Shown here: in pieces, positions 16,580 through 26,329 of the stretch
Numbering within the stretch: position 1 is the stretch's first letter
Layout: each line of letters starts with the position of its first letter
Virus record (IMG/VR): IMGVR_UViG_3300048856_000128
Location: 1 to 37,838 of that record
Source: a virus
Taxonomy: Duplodnaviria > Caudoviricetes
DNA: 37,838 bases
Reading direction: 5' to 3' (one strand)
Translations under genes and position numbers: made by a program
Notes under the pieces: model-generated
What the model was told of the DNA's origin: nothing
Database searches by the model: none
What the model saw: the letters and a program-made list of their open reading frames with translations, nothing else

Positions 16580-18541
16580 GTGGCCTTCGTCGTCTCTGAG
16601 GGCGCCCTGAGGGCGCTCGACCGCTCCCCCGCCACGCCGTCCTACAGCGTGCGCATCACCGACGACTACACCGCCGACTACGCCGCCATCTGGCGCACGC
16701 AGCCGGCCGTGCGGACCGTCGTGTCCTTCCTCGGACGCAACATCGCCTCGCTCGGCCTGCACACCTACCAGCGGCTGTCGGACACCGACCGCAAGCGGCT
16801 GACCGACCACCCGCTCGCCGCGCTGCTGAGCCGGCCCGCGCCGTGGATGACGCGCTACCGGCTGATGGACGCCACGGTCCAGGACTACGCGATCTTCGAC
16901 GCCGCCTACTGGCTGAAGATCCGCACCTCCGACTCGGTCGACGGCCTGGCCCGGCTGACGCCGCCGAACGTGACGCTGCTCGGCGCAGGGGGCTTCGCGC
17001 CCGACGGCTTCCGCTACCGCGGCGACAAGGGCGCCAAGGACTTCCCCGCCGACCAGGTCGTCTACTTCCGCGGCTACAACCCGCTGGTCTCGGTCGCTGG
17101 CGCGCCGCCGATCGAGGCGCTGCGCCGGGTGCTGGCCGAGGAGTGGGAGGCCGGGCGCATGCGCGAGCAGGTGCTGCGCAACGGCGCCCGCACGGCCGGC
17201 TACCTCGAGCGGCCCACGGAGGCCCCGAAGTGGTCGGCCGAGGCCCGCACGCGGTTCGCCCGCGCCTGGAAGGCGCAGTACGCCGGCGGAGGCCCCGAGG
17301 CCGGCGGCACGCCGATCCTCGAGGACGGCATGAAGTTCGTGCCCGCCTCGCAGACCGCCGAGCAGCTGCAGTACGTCCAGGCGCGCAAGCTCACGCGCGA
17401 GGAGGTCGCTGCGGCCTTCCACGTCCCGCCGCCCATGGTCGGCATCCTCGATCACGCCACCTTCGGCAACATCGAGGAGCAGCACAAGATGCTCTACCAG
17501 GACACGCTCGGCCCCTGGCTGACGATGATCCAGGAGGAGATCGGGCTGCAGCTGCTCCCGGACTTCGACGCCAAGGGCATCTACGTCGAGTTCAACCTCG
17601 CCGAGAAGCTGCGCGGCTCCTTCGAGGAGCAGGCCGCCTCGCTGCAGACCTCGGTCGGCGCGCCGTGGCTGACCCGCAACGAGGCCCGCGCCCGGCAGAA
17701 CCTGCCGGCCGTGCCCGGCGGCGACGAGCTCGTCACCCCGCTCAACGTCCTGGTCGGCGGCCAGGCCTCCCCGTCCGACAGTGGCGCGCAGAACCTGCGC
17801 GCCGGCGTCGCCCGGGCCAAGGCCGGCGGGCCGGTGCTCTCACGCGAGAGCGCCGATGCGCCGCTCAAGGTCAAGGCCGACGCCCGCGAAGAGGACGAGG
17901 CCGCGGCCAAGCAGGTCCTCGTGCGGTTCTTCAAGCGCCAGCGCGCCGTCGTGCTGTCCCGCCTCGGCGCCAAGGTCGAGGACGAGTGGTGGGACGAGGA
18001 CCGCTGGAACGACGAGCTCGCCGACGACCTCGAGGGCCTCGCCGTCGACGTCACCACCGACATCGCCACGGCGACGCTCGCCGCCCTCGGCATCGACCCG
18101 GACACCTACTCCACCGCGCGCACCCGCAAGTTCCTGCGGGCCGTGGCCGAGTCGCGGGCCGGGGCGATCAACTCCACCACCCGCGCCCAGATCGCCGCGG
18201 CGCTCGCGGGCGACCTCGAGGACGACGCCGAGGGGTCCACTCCGGCCGGCGTCTTCGACCTGGCCGAGACCTCCCGGGCCGAGCAGTCCTCCACGACCCT
18301 GGCCACGACGCTGGCGGCGTTCGCGGTCAAGGAGGCGGCCGCCCAGATGAACCGGCCCCGCACGACCAAGACGTGGGTCGTGCAGTCGGGCAACCCCCGC
18401 TCGTCGCACGCCGCGATGAACGGCGAGACCGTCGGCATCGACGACACCTTCTCCAACGGCATGCAGTGGCCGGGCGACCCGGCCGGCGGCGTGGACGAGG
18501 TCGCCGGCTGCATGTGCGGCGTCGAGGTCACCATCCCCTGA
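16580..18541 (+). CDS. HK97-family portal fused to a MuF-like minor head domain
   Basis: Portal motifs (ILEDGMKF, AAAFHVPP, LTRNEARA); C-terminal KTWVV..RSSHAAMNGE..WPGDP..CMC. Confidence 0.93.
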   Translation: MAFVVSEGALRALDRSPATPSYSVRITDDYTADYAAIWRTQPAVRTVVSFLGRNIASLGLHTYQRLSDTDRKRLTDHPLAALLSRPAPWMTRYRLMDATVQDYAIFDAAYWLKIRTSDSVDGLARLTPPNVTLLGAGGFAPDGFRYRGDKGAKDFPADQVVYFRGYNPLVSVAGAPPIEALRRVLAEEWEAGRMREQVLRNGARTAGYLERPTEAPKWSAEARTRFARAWKAQYAGGGPEAGGTPILEDGMKFVPASQTAEQLQYVQARKLTREEVAAAFHVPPPMVGILDHATFGNIEEQHKMLYQDTLGPWLTMIQEEIGLQLLPDFDAKGIYVEFNLAEKLRGSFEEQAASLQTSVGAPWLTRNEARARQNLPAVPGGDELVTPLNVLVGGQASPSDSGAQNLRAGVARAKAGGPVLSRESADAPLKVKADAREEDEAAAKQVLVRFFKRQRAVVLSRLGAKVEDEWWDEDRWNDELADDLEGLAVDVTTDIATATLAALGIDPDTYSTARTRKFLRAVAESRAGAINSTTRAQIAAALAGDLEDDAEGSTPAGVFDLAETSRAEQSSTTLATTLAAFAVKEAAAQMNRPRTTKTWVVQSGNPRSSHAAMNGETVGIDDTFSNGMQWPGDPAGGVDEVAGCMCGVEVTIP

Positions 18542-18606
18542 CCCACCACCCATCACGAGCGGACGCACCCGGCGCCCGCCGCTGACACCTGCCCGGAGGA
18601 GGGCAC

Positions 18607-19383
18607 ATGGACATCAAGACCCTGCCCGTGCAGGTGAAGGCCGGTCCGGCCGACGGCCTCGCCGAGGGCGAGTTCCTCGTCTACCCGTCGACGTTCATCC
18701 GCAAGGCCGACGCCTACGGCGACGTCGTAGCCAAGGGCGCGTTCCTCGACACGATCGCCGCGTGGAAGGAGTCGGGCAACGTCCTGCCGGGCCTGTACGG
18801 CCACCGCATGGACGACCCGGACTTCTTCGTCGCCGGCGCCGCCGACATGGGCGAGGACGACCACGGCTGGTGGGTCCGGGGCTGGTTCGACCTCGAGTCG
18901 CCCAAGGGCCCGCAGGTCTACCGGCTGGCCAAGGGCCGCCGGCTCAACCAGCTGTCGTTCGCCTACGACGTGCTCGAGGAGGGCAAGGTCACCCTCGAGG
19001 ACGGCACCGCGGCCAACGAGCTGCGCAAGCTGCACGTCTACGAGTTCTCGTTCGTGCCGATCGGCGCCAACCAGGACACCTCGATCGTCGCGGTCAAGGC
19101 GCTCGCCGAGGGCCTGAAGGCCGGGCGCGTGCTGTCGGCCAAGAACGAGTCGTCGCTGCGCGAGGCGCGCGACGCCATCGACTCCGTGCTCGCGTCCCTC
19201 GGGGACGACGAGCCGGCCAAGTCCGCCCGCCAGGGCGGCGCCCACCAGGACACGGCCAGCGGTCACAGCCGCGCCAACGCCGAGGAGCCCGTCGGGGCCA
19301 AGGCGGAGGAGCGCGGCCTCAACCCGTCCGCACGGGACCTGGCGACCCTCCAGTCCATCGAGCTCGCCGCACTGGCGGGCTGA
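18607..19383 (+). CDS. HK97-family prohead protease
   Basis: DAYGDVVAKGAF, YGH, LSFAY, EFSFVPIGAN. Confidence 0.95.
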   Translation: MDIKTLPVQVKAGPADGLAEGEFLVYPSTFIRKADAYGDVVAKGAFLDTIAAWKESGNVLPGLYGHRMDDPDFFVAGAADMGEDDHGWWVRGWFDLESPKGPQVYRLAKGRRLNQLSFAYDVLEEGKVTLEDGTAANELRKLHVYEFSFVPIGANQDTSIVAVKALAEGLKAGRVLSAKNESSLREARDAIDSVLASLGDDEPAKSARQGGAHQDTASGHSRANAEEPVGAKAEERGLNPSARDLATLQSIELAALAG

Positions 19384-19401
19384 CCCGGAAAGGGGCGACC
19401 C

Positions 19402-20718
19402 ATGAGTCGCATGAAGCAGCTGCTCGAGAAGGCAGCCGCCGAGGCCAAGTCCGCGCGCGAGATCGCGGAGAAGGCCGACGCCGAGGGCCGCGAGATGACC
19501 GCCGACGAGCGGTCGCGGTTCGACAACCACTTCAAGTCCGCCACGCAGGCGAAGGCCGATGCCGACGTCGCGAAGAAGGACGCCGACCTCGTGGCCCAGG
19601 CCAAGGCCCTGGCCGACGAGGTCGGGCTGGTCCTGCCCTCCGACGCCGAGACGGCCGCGATCGTCGCCGGCGACCTGGGCGCCCAGAAGGGCAACCAGGT
19701 CCCGCTCGAGAAGCGGATCACCGGGTCCAAGCAGTTCAAGGACCTGCTGGCCTCCTTCCCCGGCGGCCGCGTGCCCGAGAAGTCGCGCGTGCAGTCCGAC
19801 CCGATCGCGGTCAAGTCGCTGTTCGTCGGCGGCGACACCGGCTCGGCCGGCGCGTTCGTCACGCCCGAGCAGACCGGCATCGTCGAGATGCTCGGCCGCC
19901 GCACGCTCGCCCTGCGCGACGTGATCTCGGTGCGCCGCACCGGCTCGGACGCCGTCGAGTACGTGCGCCAGACGGCCCACACGAACGCCGCGGCGCCCGT
20001 GCCCGAGGCCACCAGCTCCGCGCCGATCGGCGACGGCACCGGCGGCACGACCACCGCCGTGGCCGGCGGCCTCAAGCCCGAGGGCTCGTGGTCCTTCGAG
20101 CGCGACACCGCGACCGTCAAGACGATCGCCGAGTGGGTGCCCGCCACCAAGCGCGCGCTCGCCGACGTCGCCGCCCTCGAGGGCCTGATCCGCGACGAGC
20201 TGGTGGCCGACCTGAAGGAGGAGGAGGAGGACCAGATCGTCTCGGGCGACGGCACGGGCGAGAACCTCACCGGCATCCTCTCCACCAGCGGCACCCAGGC
20301 CCAGGCCTTCGACACGGACATCTTCAAGACCGTCCGCCGCGCGATCACCAAGGCCCGCCGCGTCGGGCGTGTGATCCCCAACGGCGTCGCCCTGTCGCCG
20401 ACCGACGTCGAGACCGTCGACCTCATGCGCGAGGACGGCGACACCGGCAAGTACTTCGGCTCGGGCCCGTTCGCGATGGGCCCGCGCACCCTGTGGGGCG
20501 TGCCGATCATCGAGACCGAGGCGCTGCCCGACGGCACCGCGGTCGTGGGCGACTTCAAGAAGGCCGTCCTGTGGGACCGCGAGGAGGCCACGGTCACCCT
20601 CTCGGACTCGCACGCGGACTTCTTCACCCGCAACCTCGTCGCCGTCCTCGCCGAGGAGCGCGTCGCCTTCGCAGTCACCCGCCCGTCGGCGTTCGTCGTC
20701 ACCGACGTCGCGGCCTGA
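19402..20718 (+). CDS. Major capsid protein (HK97 fold with delta domain)
   Basis: Coiled-coil N-terminus; GDGTGENLTGIL, TLWGVPII, AVVGDF, FTRNLVAVLAEER. Confidence 0.97.
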   Translation: MSRMKQLLEKAAAEAKSAREIAEKADAEGREMTADERSRFDNHFKSATQAKADADVAKKDADLVAQAKALADEVGLVLPSDAETAAIVAGDLGAQKGNQVPLEKRITGSKQFKDLLASFPGGRVPEKSRVQSDPIAVKSLFVGGDTGSAGAFVTPEQTGIVEMLGRRTLALRDVISVRRTGSDAVEYVRQTAHTNAAAPVPEATSSAPIGDGTGGTTTAVAGGLKPEGSWSFERDTATVKTIAEWVPATKRALADVAALEGLIRDELVADLKEEEEDQIVSGDGTGENLTGILSTSGTQAQAFDTDIFKTVRRAITKARRVGRVIPNGVALSPTDVETVDLMREDGDTGKYFGSGPFAMGPRTLWGVPIIETEALPDGTAVVGDFKKAVLWDREEATVTLSDSHADFFTRNLVAVLAEERVAFAVTRPSAFVVTDVAA

Positions 20719-20730
20719 CCCGCACCCGGC

Positions 20731-20763
20731 GGGGGGCGGGACAGACCAGCCCCCCCCCCCCCC
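20731..20763 (+). repeat. G-rich arm and C14 homopolymer hairpin after the capsid gene
   Basis: GGGGGGCGGG (20731) and C14 (20750-20763). Confidence 0.6.
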
Positions 20764-20797
20764 GACCCCACCCCGACTCGTCACCGGAGGCAAGCCG

Positions 20798-21046
20798 ATG
20801 CCCGGCCTGAAGAAGTACGACGCCGTCGTGAACGGCGCCCGCACCACGTTCAACCTCACCGAGGCCGACGCCAAGAAGCGCGGCCTGACCGAGACCAAGC
20901 AGAAGGCGCCCGCGAACAAGGGCCGCGGCGCCGCGAACAAGACGCGCGGCGCCAGCACGCCGGCCGCCAGCACCAGCGGCGCGCAGACGCCGCCGGCCCC
21001 CAGCGGCGCGCAGACGCCGCCCGCCGGCAGCACGTCGAACGCCTGA
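20798..21046 (+). CDS. Small basic protein following the capsid gene
   Basis: RBS GGAGG; QKAPANK repeats; 22-bp repeat at 20973 and 21000. Confidence 0.8.
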   Translation: MPGLKKYDAVVNGARTTFNLTEADAKKRGLTETKQKAPANKGRGAANKTRGASTPAASTSGAQTPPAPSGAQTPPAGSTSNA

Positions 21047-21068
21047 GCCCGACCCCGAGGAGGTGGCC

Positions 21069-21632
21069 GTGGACTACCCAGCACTGCTCACCCCGGCCGC
21101 CTTCTCGGAGGGCACCGGCCGCAAGATCCCCGAGACCGACCCGCGGCTCAAGCCGCTGATCGACGGCGCTACCCGCGGCATCCGCCGCTACTGCGGCTGG
21201 CACATCGCCCCCAAGATCGAGGAGAAGTTCCGCCTCGACGGCCCCGGCGGGCGACTGCTGCCGCTCAAGACCATGCGCCTCGCCAACGTCACCTCGGTCA
21301 CCGAGCGCGGCCAGGCGCTCGCGGACGACGTCGACTTCGAGTGGTCGGAGAACGGCGAGCTGCGCCGCCTACGTGGCTGCTGGACCGACCGCTACCGCGC
21401 CATCGTCGTCGAGGCCGAGCACGGCTTCGACGACGCGCCCGACGTCGCCCAGATCATCCAGCAGGTCGTCGCCAACGCGATCGCCTCGCCGCTGGGCGCC
21501 ACCCGCGAGCAGGCCGGCGCGATCTCGGTGCAGTGGGCCACCACCGCGCCCGGCGTCGCCGGCGGCCTGTCCCTGCTCGAGCGGGACATGGCCATCCTCA
21601 ACTCCTACCGGCTGCCGGGCATCTCGTGGTGA
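21069..21632 (+). CDS. Head-to-tail adaptor
   Basis: IRRYCGWHIAP..LDGPGG motif; synteny. Confidence 0.85.
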   Translation: MDYPALLTPAAFSEGTGRKIPETDPRLKPLIDGATRGIRRYCGWHIAPKIEEKFRLDGPGGRLLPLKTMRLANVTSVTERGQALADDVDFEWSENGELRRLRGCWTDRYRAIVVEAEHGFDDAPDVAQIIQQVVANAIASPLGATREQAGAISVQWATTAPGVAGGLSLLERDMAILNSYRLPGISW

Positions 21633-21781
21633 GCCGGCGCAATCGGTGTGAACGGTGCGGGCAGCGGCCCTGCCGCGGCGCCGGGTACAGCGCCGACGGC
21701 CGCACCTACTCCTTCACCTGCAGCGGTCAGCTCAGCGGCCAGACCATGACCGACCTCATCGCAGACGAAGAGGACGACTGA
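21629..21781 (+). CDS. Small Cys-rich protein inserted in the neck genes (50 aa)
   Basis: GTGA and TGATG overlaps; CERCGQRPC..C. Confidence 0.55.
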   Translation: MSRRNRCERCGQRPCRGAGYSADGRTYSFTCSGQLSGQTMTDLIADEEDD

Positions 21782-22122
21782 TGCTCCCCTCCTTCGCGAC
21801 CCAGACCATCGAGGTCGTCGAGCCGACGATGGTCGAGGAGCGCGGCCAGCTCGTGCCCGACTGGGACGCCGAGCCCGCGTCCGTCACCCCGGTGCCCGGC
21901 TGCTCCGTGCAGCCCGGCGCGTCCTCGGAGGACCTGGCCGGCCGATCCAACGTCATCGTGCGCTGGACCGTCTACGCCCCGCCCGACACCCCCGTGACCG
22001 CGCACTCCCGGGTGCGCTACGCCGGGCGCCTCTACTCCGTCGACGGCGAGCCGGCGCGCTGGCCGTCCGCGACCGGCGCGCTCGACCACACCGTCCTCCT
22101 GCTCATCGACTGGGAGGGCTGA
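21781..22122 (+). CDS. Head-to-tail stopper
   Basis: PDW..GCSVQP..YSVDGEPARWPS; synteny. Confidence 0.85.
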   Translation: MLPSFATQTIEVVEPTMVEERGQLVPDWDAEPASVTPVPGCSVQPGASSEDLAGRSNVIVRWTVYAPPDTPVTAHSRVRYAGRLYSVDGEPARWPSATGALDHTVLLLIDWEG

Positions 22123-22125
22123 GCC

Positions 22126-22374
22126 GTGGCCACCAAGGTCCGCATCGAGATGAACTCCGCCGGCTTCCGCGCCCTGCTGCGCTCGCAGCCGGTGCTCGAC
22201 GACCTGGCCCGGCGCGCCGATGCGATCGCCGCGGCCGCTGGCGAGGGCTTCGAGGCCGACGCGCGCGTCGGCGCGAACCGTGCGCGCGCGTCGGTGCGCA
22301 CCGCCACGGCCGAGGCGCGCCGGGCCGAGGCTGTCGACAAGGCACTGACGTCCGCGATCGACGCGGGGAGGTAG
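22126..22374 (+). CDS. Neck / tail-completion protein
   Basis: MNSAGFRALLRS..RARASV; synteny. Confidence 0.8.
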   Translation: MATKVRIEMNSAGFRALLRSQPVLDDLARRADAIAAAAGEGFEADARVGANRARASVRTATAEARRAEAVDKALTSAIDAGR

Positions 22375-22376
22375 CG

Positions 22377-22790
22377 ATGGCCGAGCTCATCGTCTTCCCC
22401 GACGTTGAGGACCTGCTGCGCCGGCACTTCGCCGAGCGCATCCCGCCGCGAATCTCCGGCGTGCAGGCCTTCGCCGCCACCCTGCCTGCCACGCTGCCGG
22501 CCAAGTCGGTGCTGGTGCGCCGCACCGGCGGCCCGGCCGACTCACTGGTGATCGACCGCGCGCAGATCACGTGTGAGTCGCGCGCCAAGACGCCGGGCGC
22601 CGCGCACGAGCTCGCCCAGCTGGTGCGGGCCCTGATCGGCGCCGCCGAGCGCGAGGGCGTGATCGGCGACGTCCCGGTCTACGACGTGCGCGAGTTCTCC
22701 GGGCCCTACCTCGACCCGGACCCGCTCAACCCGACGCACGCCCGATACTCCGCCACCTACCAGGTGGCGGTGCGCGGCACGGCCGCGTAG
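22377..22790 (+). CDS. Tail terminator
   Basis: VRRTGG..GPYLDPDP..RY; precedes the major tail gene. Confidence 0.85.
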   Translation: MAELIVFPDVEDLLRRHFAERIPPRISGVQAFAATLPATLPAKSVLVRRTGGPADSLVIDRAQITCESRAKTPGAAHELAQLVRALIGAAEREGVIGDVPVYDVREFSGPYLDPDPLNPTHARYSATYQVAVRGTAA

Positions 22791-22838
22791 TTCCGCCCAT
22801 CCCAGGGCTCCCGCAGATCGCCTGAGAGGGGCATCACT

Positions 22839-23426
22839 ATGGGTGTCAACGCCCAGAACGTCCTCGTCGGTGCGCCGGACCAGGCGACCACCGGCGCCAT
22901 CCTGTCCGCCGCGCACGGCGTCACCCTGCCGACGTCGGCCGTCGACGCGCTCGACCCGACGTTCAAGAGCTCCGGCTACGTCGGGCCCGACGGCGTCACC
23001 CTGACGCCCGAGCGCTCGACCACGGACATCACGGACTGGTCGGGCGCCCTGGTGCGCCGGATCCTCGAGACCTTCAACGGCACGCTCGCCTGGGCGCACC
23101 TCGAGGTCAACGAGGAGTCGCTGAAGAACTCCTTCGGCGACGACCACGTCACCGTCACCGAGGCCACCGCCGAGCACGGCCGGCAGATCAAGGTCGAGAT
23201 CGGCGCGCACGAGATGCCGCGCAAGTCGTGGGTCTTCCGGATGAAGGACGGCACCAACCGCATCCTCATCGTCGCGCCCGACGGCCAGGTCACCGAGACC
23301 GGCGAGATCACCTTCGTGAAGTCCGGCGCGATCACCCTGCCGGTGACCCTGTCGACCTACCCCGACGGCGACGGCAACTCGATCTACATCTACACCGACG
23401 ACGGCCGCCTGCTCGGCGCCGCCTGA
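22839..23426 (+). CDS. Major tail protein
   Basis: GYVGPDGVT..DWSG..; size and synteny. Confidence 0.92.
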   Translation: MGVNAQNVLVGAPDQATTGAILSAAHGVTLPTSAVDALDPTFKSSGYVGPDGVTLTPERSTTDITDWSGALVRRILETFNGTLAWAHLEVNEESLKNSFGDDHVTVTEATAEHGRQIKVEIGAHEMPRKSWVFRMKDGTNRILIVAPDGQVTETGEITFVKSGAITLPVTLSTYPDGDGNSIYIYTDDGRLLGAA

Positions 23427-23429
23427 GAC

Positions 23430-23498
23430 CAGCGGGGCGGGCGTCATCCGTGCGGGAGCCCGCGCCCGCCCCGCTGCACCACCCACCGGCTCCCGCAC
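23430..23498 (+). promoter_or_regulatory. Predicted H-type RNA pseudoknot between the major tail and chaperone genes
   Basis: Stem 1 23430-23443/23463-23476 (14 bp); loop 23450-23460 complementary to 23488-23498 (11 bp). Confidence 0.65.
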
Positions 23499-23521
23499 CG
23501 CACCAGAGAGGGCACCCGCAC

Positions 23522-23791
23522 ATGGCGCTCGAGCAGTTCCACTACACGACCACGTCCGGCACGGAGATCGTGCTGCCGAAGTACAAGCACCTGAAGGCCG
23601 GCCTCGTGCGCCGGATCCGCAAGCTCGGCCCCGTCGACCAGATCTTCACCGCGCTCGAGGAGGTCGGCACCGAGGACGACCTCGCCGTCATCGACGAGAT
23701 GACCCAGGAGGAGATGAACGACTTCGTCGCCTCCTGGCAGAAGGACTCGGGGGTCACCCAGGGGGAATCGAAGGCCTCCTCCGGCTCCTAG
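23522..23791 (+). CDS. Tail assembly chaperone (gpG-like)
   Basis: RBS GAGAGGG; ends ..WQKDSGVTQGESKASSGS*. Confidence 0.9.
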   Translation: MALEQFHYTTTSGTEIVLPKYKHLKAGLVRRIRKLGPVDQIFTALEEVGTEDDLAVIDEMTQEEMNDFVASWQKDSGVTQGESKASSGS

Positions 23792-24147
23792 ACGAGCACG
23801 GGGAGGCCGTCGAGTACGACCTCATCACCCTCGGCCTCCGGCTCGACGACCTCGGCACCGAACGGCTGACGTGGCGCGACCTGTGGGTCGTCGTCACCAA
23901 CCTGCCCCGCACGTCCGCCGTCGCCCGCGCGGTGCTCGGCGACGACGTCGAGTGGGGCCTGACCGACCACCTGCTCGCCCAGCTGATCGACGCGGTCAAC
24001 GAGGGCAACTGGCAGCGCCAGGGCAAGCCGCACGCACCCCGGCCGAAGCCGGTCAAGCGCCCCGGCGTCGAGGACAAGACGCAGACGTTCGGCAAGGACC
24101 CCATCCCGATCTCGCAGTTCGACGACTGGTGGCACGGCAGGGGGTGA
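23764..24147 (+). CDS. Tail assembly chaperone -1 frameshift extension (gpT-like)
   Basis: Slippery G GGG GAA at 23761-23767; the -1 frame is open to 24147 (GIEGLLRLLDEHGEAVEYDLI...). Confidence 0.88.
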   Translation, partial: GIEGLLRLLDEHGEAVEYDLITLGLRLDDLGTERLTWRDLWVVVTNLPRTSAVARAVLGDDVEWGLTDHLLAQLIDAVNEGNWQRQGKPHAPRPKPVKRPGVEDKTQTFGKDPIPISQFDDWWHGRG

Positions 24148-24151
24148 TCTC

Positions 24152-26329
24152 GTGGCGGACGCGATCGAGCTCGCCACCGCCTACGTCGCCCTGGTGCCGT
24201 CGTTCGCCGGCGCGCAGGGGGCGATCACCAAGGAGCTCGTCCCGGCCGCGGAGGCGGCCGGCGACGAGGCGGGGGCCAAGGCCGGTGGCCGGTTCGGCGG
24301 CGCGCTCTCTCGGGGGCTCGCCGCCGCCGGCGCCGGCGCGGCGCTCGCGGGGATCGGTAAGGGCCTGTACGACATCGGGGCCACCTTCGACGACGTCGCC
24401 GACACCATCCGCGTCGGCACCGGCGCGAGCGGTGAGGCGCTCGACGGGCTGGTCGACGTGGCCGCCAACGTGGGCAAGACCGTCCCGGCCGAGTACGAGA
24501 AGATCGGCCCGGTCGTCTCCGACCTCAACACCCGCCTTGGGCTGTCGGGCGACACCCTGCAGACCGTCGCCTCGCAGTACCTCGAGGCCGGCCGAATCCT
24601 CGGCCAAGACGTCGACGTCGCCAAGACCACCGCAGCGTTCTCGGCGTTCAAGATCGAGGGCGACGACGTCGCCGGCGCCATGGACACCCTCTTCCAGGTG
24701 TCGCAGGCGACCGGCGTCGGGATGAACGAGCTCGCCGCGGCCGCCCAGCAGAACGGCGCGGCCATGCAGAACCTGGGCTTCGGGTTCGACGAGACCGTGT
24801 CCCTGGTCGGCTCGCTCGACAAGGCCGGCATCAACTCCACCCAGACCCTCGCCGCCATGAGCAAGGGCCTGGTCACCCTCGCGAAGGACGGCGAGGAGCC
24901 GCAGGAGGCCTTCCGTCGCGTCACCGGCGAGATCGAGGGCCTGATCGAGAAGGGCGACACCGCGGGGGCGATCGACCTCGCCTCCGGGATCTTCGGCACC
25001 CGCGCCGCCTCGCAGTTCGTCGGCGCCGTGCAGTCCGGCACCCTCGCGCTCGACGACCTGGTCGGCGGGGTCGGCGCGACCGGCGACACGATCCTCGGCG
25101 TCGGCGCCGAGACCCAGGACTTCGCCGAGAAGTGGCAGATCGTCAAGAACAACGCGATGGCCGCGCTCGAGCCGCTCGGCTCGGCCGTCTTCGCCGCGCT
25201 CGGCGACTCGCTGACGGCGATCATGCCCAGCCTGCAGGCCTTCGGCGAGTGGCTCGCCGCCAACCCCGCCGTCATCCAGGGCTTCGCCATCGCGCTCGGC
25301 GTGCTCGCCGTCGGCCTCGGCATCGCCGCGGCCGCCCAGTGGGCCATGAACTCCGCCCTCCTGGCCAGCCCCATCACCTGGATCGTGGTCGGGATCATGG
25401 CCTTGATCGCGGGCCTGGTGCTGCTCATCGCCAACTGGGACACGGTCGTCGTCTGGCTCAAGAGCGTGTGGGGCTCGATCGTCGGCTGGCTCTCCGGCGT
25501 CTGGGCATCCATCACCGCCGGCATCTCGTCCTTCGCCGCCAGCGTCGCCCAGTGGTTCACCAACCTCTGGTCACGCGCCCAGGCGATCGTCTCCGCCGGC
25601 GTGTCCGCCGTCGTCGGCTGGTTCACCAACCTCTGGACCCGAGCCCGCGCCATCGTCTCCACCGGCATCAACGCGGTCGTCGGCTTCTTCACCTCCCTGC
25701 CCGGCCGAGCCATCGCCGCCGTGACCTCGCTCGCCTCCCGCATCGCCAACTTCTTCTCCTCAGCGCTCGCGGGCGCCCGGGCCGCCGTCGGGCGCGGCGT
25801 TGACGGCGTGATTGGCTTCTTCAGCGGGCTGCCCGGCCGGATCCTGCGGGCCCTGGGTAGCACCGGCCGGCTGCTGGTCAGCGCCGGCATGAACATCCTC
25901 GACGGGTTCCTGTCCGGGCTGCGGGCCGGCTTCGACCGGGTCAAGGGCTTCGTCGGTGGCATCGGCTCTTGGATCGCCGACCACAAGGGCCCCAAGGCCT
26001 ACGACCTGGCGCTCCTGGTGCCAGCCGGCGGCTGGATCATGCAGGGCCTGCAGACCGGGCTCGAGCGGCAGATCCCGCAGCTGCGTCAGACGCTCGGGCG
26101 CGTCTCGTCCGAGATCGAGACCGGCGTGCGTGCGGCACCGCAAGCCACGGCCCAGTTCGACGTCGCGTCGACGAAGGCGGGCACGGGCGCCAGCGGCGGC
26201 ATGAGCACCGACGAGCTGCTCGCCGAGCTCGTCGACGCCGTCCGGTCATGGGAGCCGGCCGGCGACCGCGGCGCTGCGCTCCTGCTGCAGCGCGCCAACG
26301 GATACCTGTCACGAAGGGGCGGCCGATGA
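24152..26329 (+). CDS. Tape measure protein (725 aa)
   Basis: ELATAYVALVPS start; Ala/Gly-rich; W/F periodic repeats; DHKGP..D. Confidence 0.96.
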   Translation: MADAIELATAYVALVPSFAGAQGAITKELVPAAEAAGDEAGAKAGGRFGGALSRGLAAAGAGAALAGIGKGLYDIGATFDDVADTIRVGTGASGEALDGLVDVAANVGKTVPAEYEKIGPVVSDLNTRLGLSGDTLQTVASQYLEAGRILGQDVDVAKTTAAFSAFKIEGDDVAGAMDTLFQVSQATGVGMNELAAAAQQNGAAMQNLGFGFDETVSLVGSLDKAGINSTQTLAAMSKGLVTLAKDGEEPQEAFRRVTGEIEGLIEKGDTAGAIDLASGIFGTRAASQFVGAVQSGTLALDDLVGGVGATGDTILGVGAETQDFAEKWQIVKNNAMAALEPLGSAVFAALGDSLTAIMPSLQAFGEWLAANPAVIQGFAIALGVLAVGLGIAAAAQWAMNSALLASPITWIVVGIMALIAGLVLLIANWDTVVVWLKSVWGSIVGWLSGVWASITAGISSFAASVAQWFTNLWSRAQAIVSAGVSAVVGWFTNLWTRARAIVSTGINAVVGFFTSLPGRAIAAVTSLASRIANFFSSALAGARAAVGRGVDGVIGFFSGLPGRILRALGSTGRLLVSAGMNILDGFLSGLRAGFDRVKGFVGGIGSWIADHKGPKAYDLALLVPAGGWIMQGLQTGLERQIPQLRQTLGRVSSEIETGVRAAPQATAQFDVASTKAGTGASGGMSTDELLAELVDAVRSWEPAGDRGAALLLQRANGYLSRRGGR

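Noticed and set aside
18564-20731. CGCACCCGGCG repeated after the portal and capsid stops
   Set aside because: An 11-bp GC-rich match could arise by chance at this base composition
14618-25995. Long antisense and alternative-frame ORFs (e.g. 14618-17485, 18553-21084, 24181-25995)
   Set aside because: Shadow ORFs typical of high-GC DNA, overlapping well-supported genes
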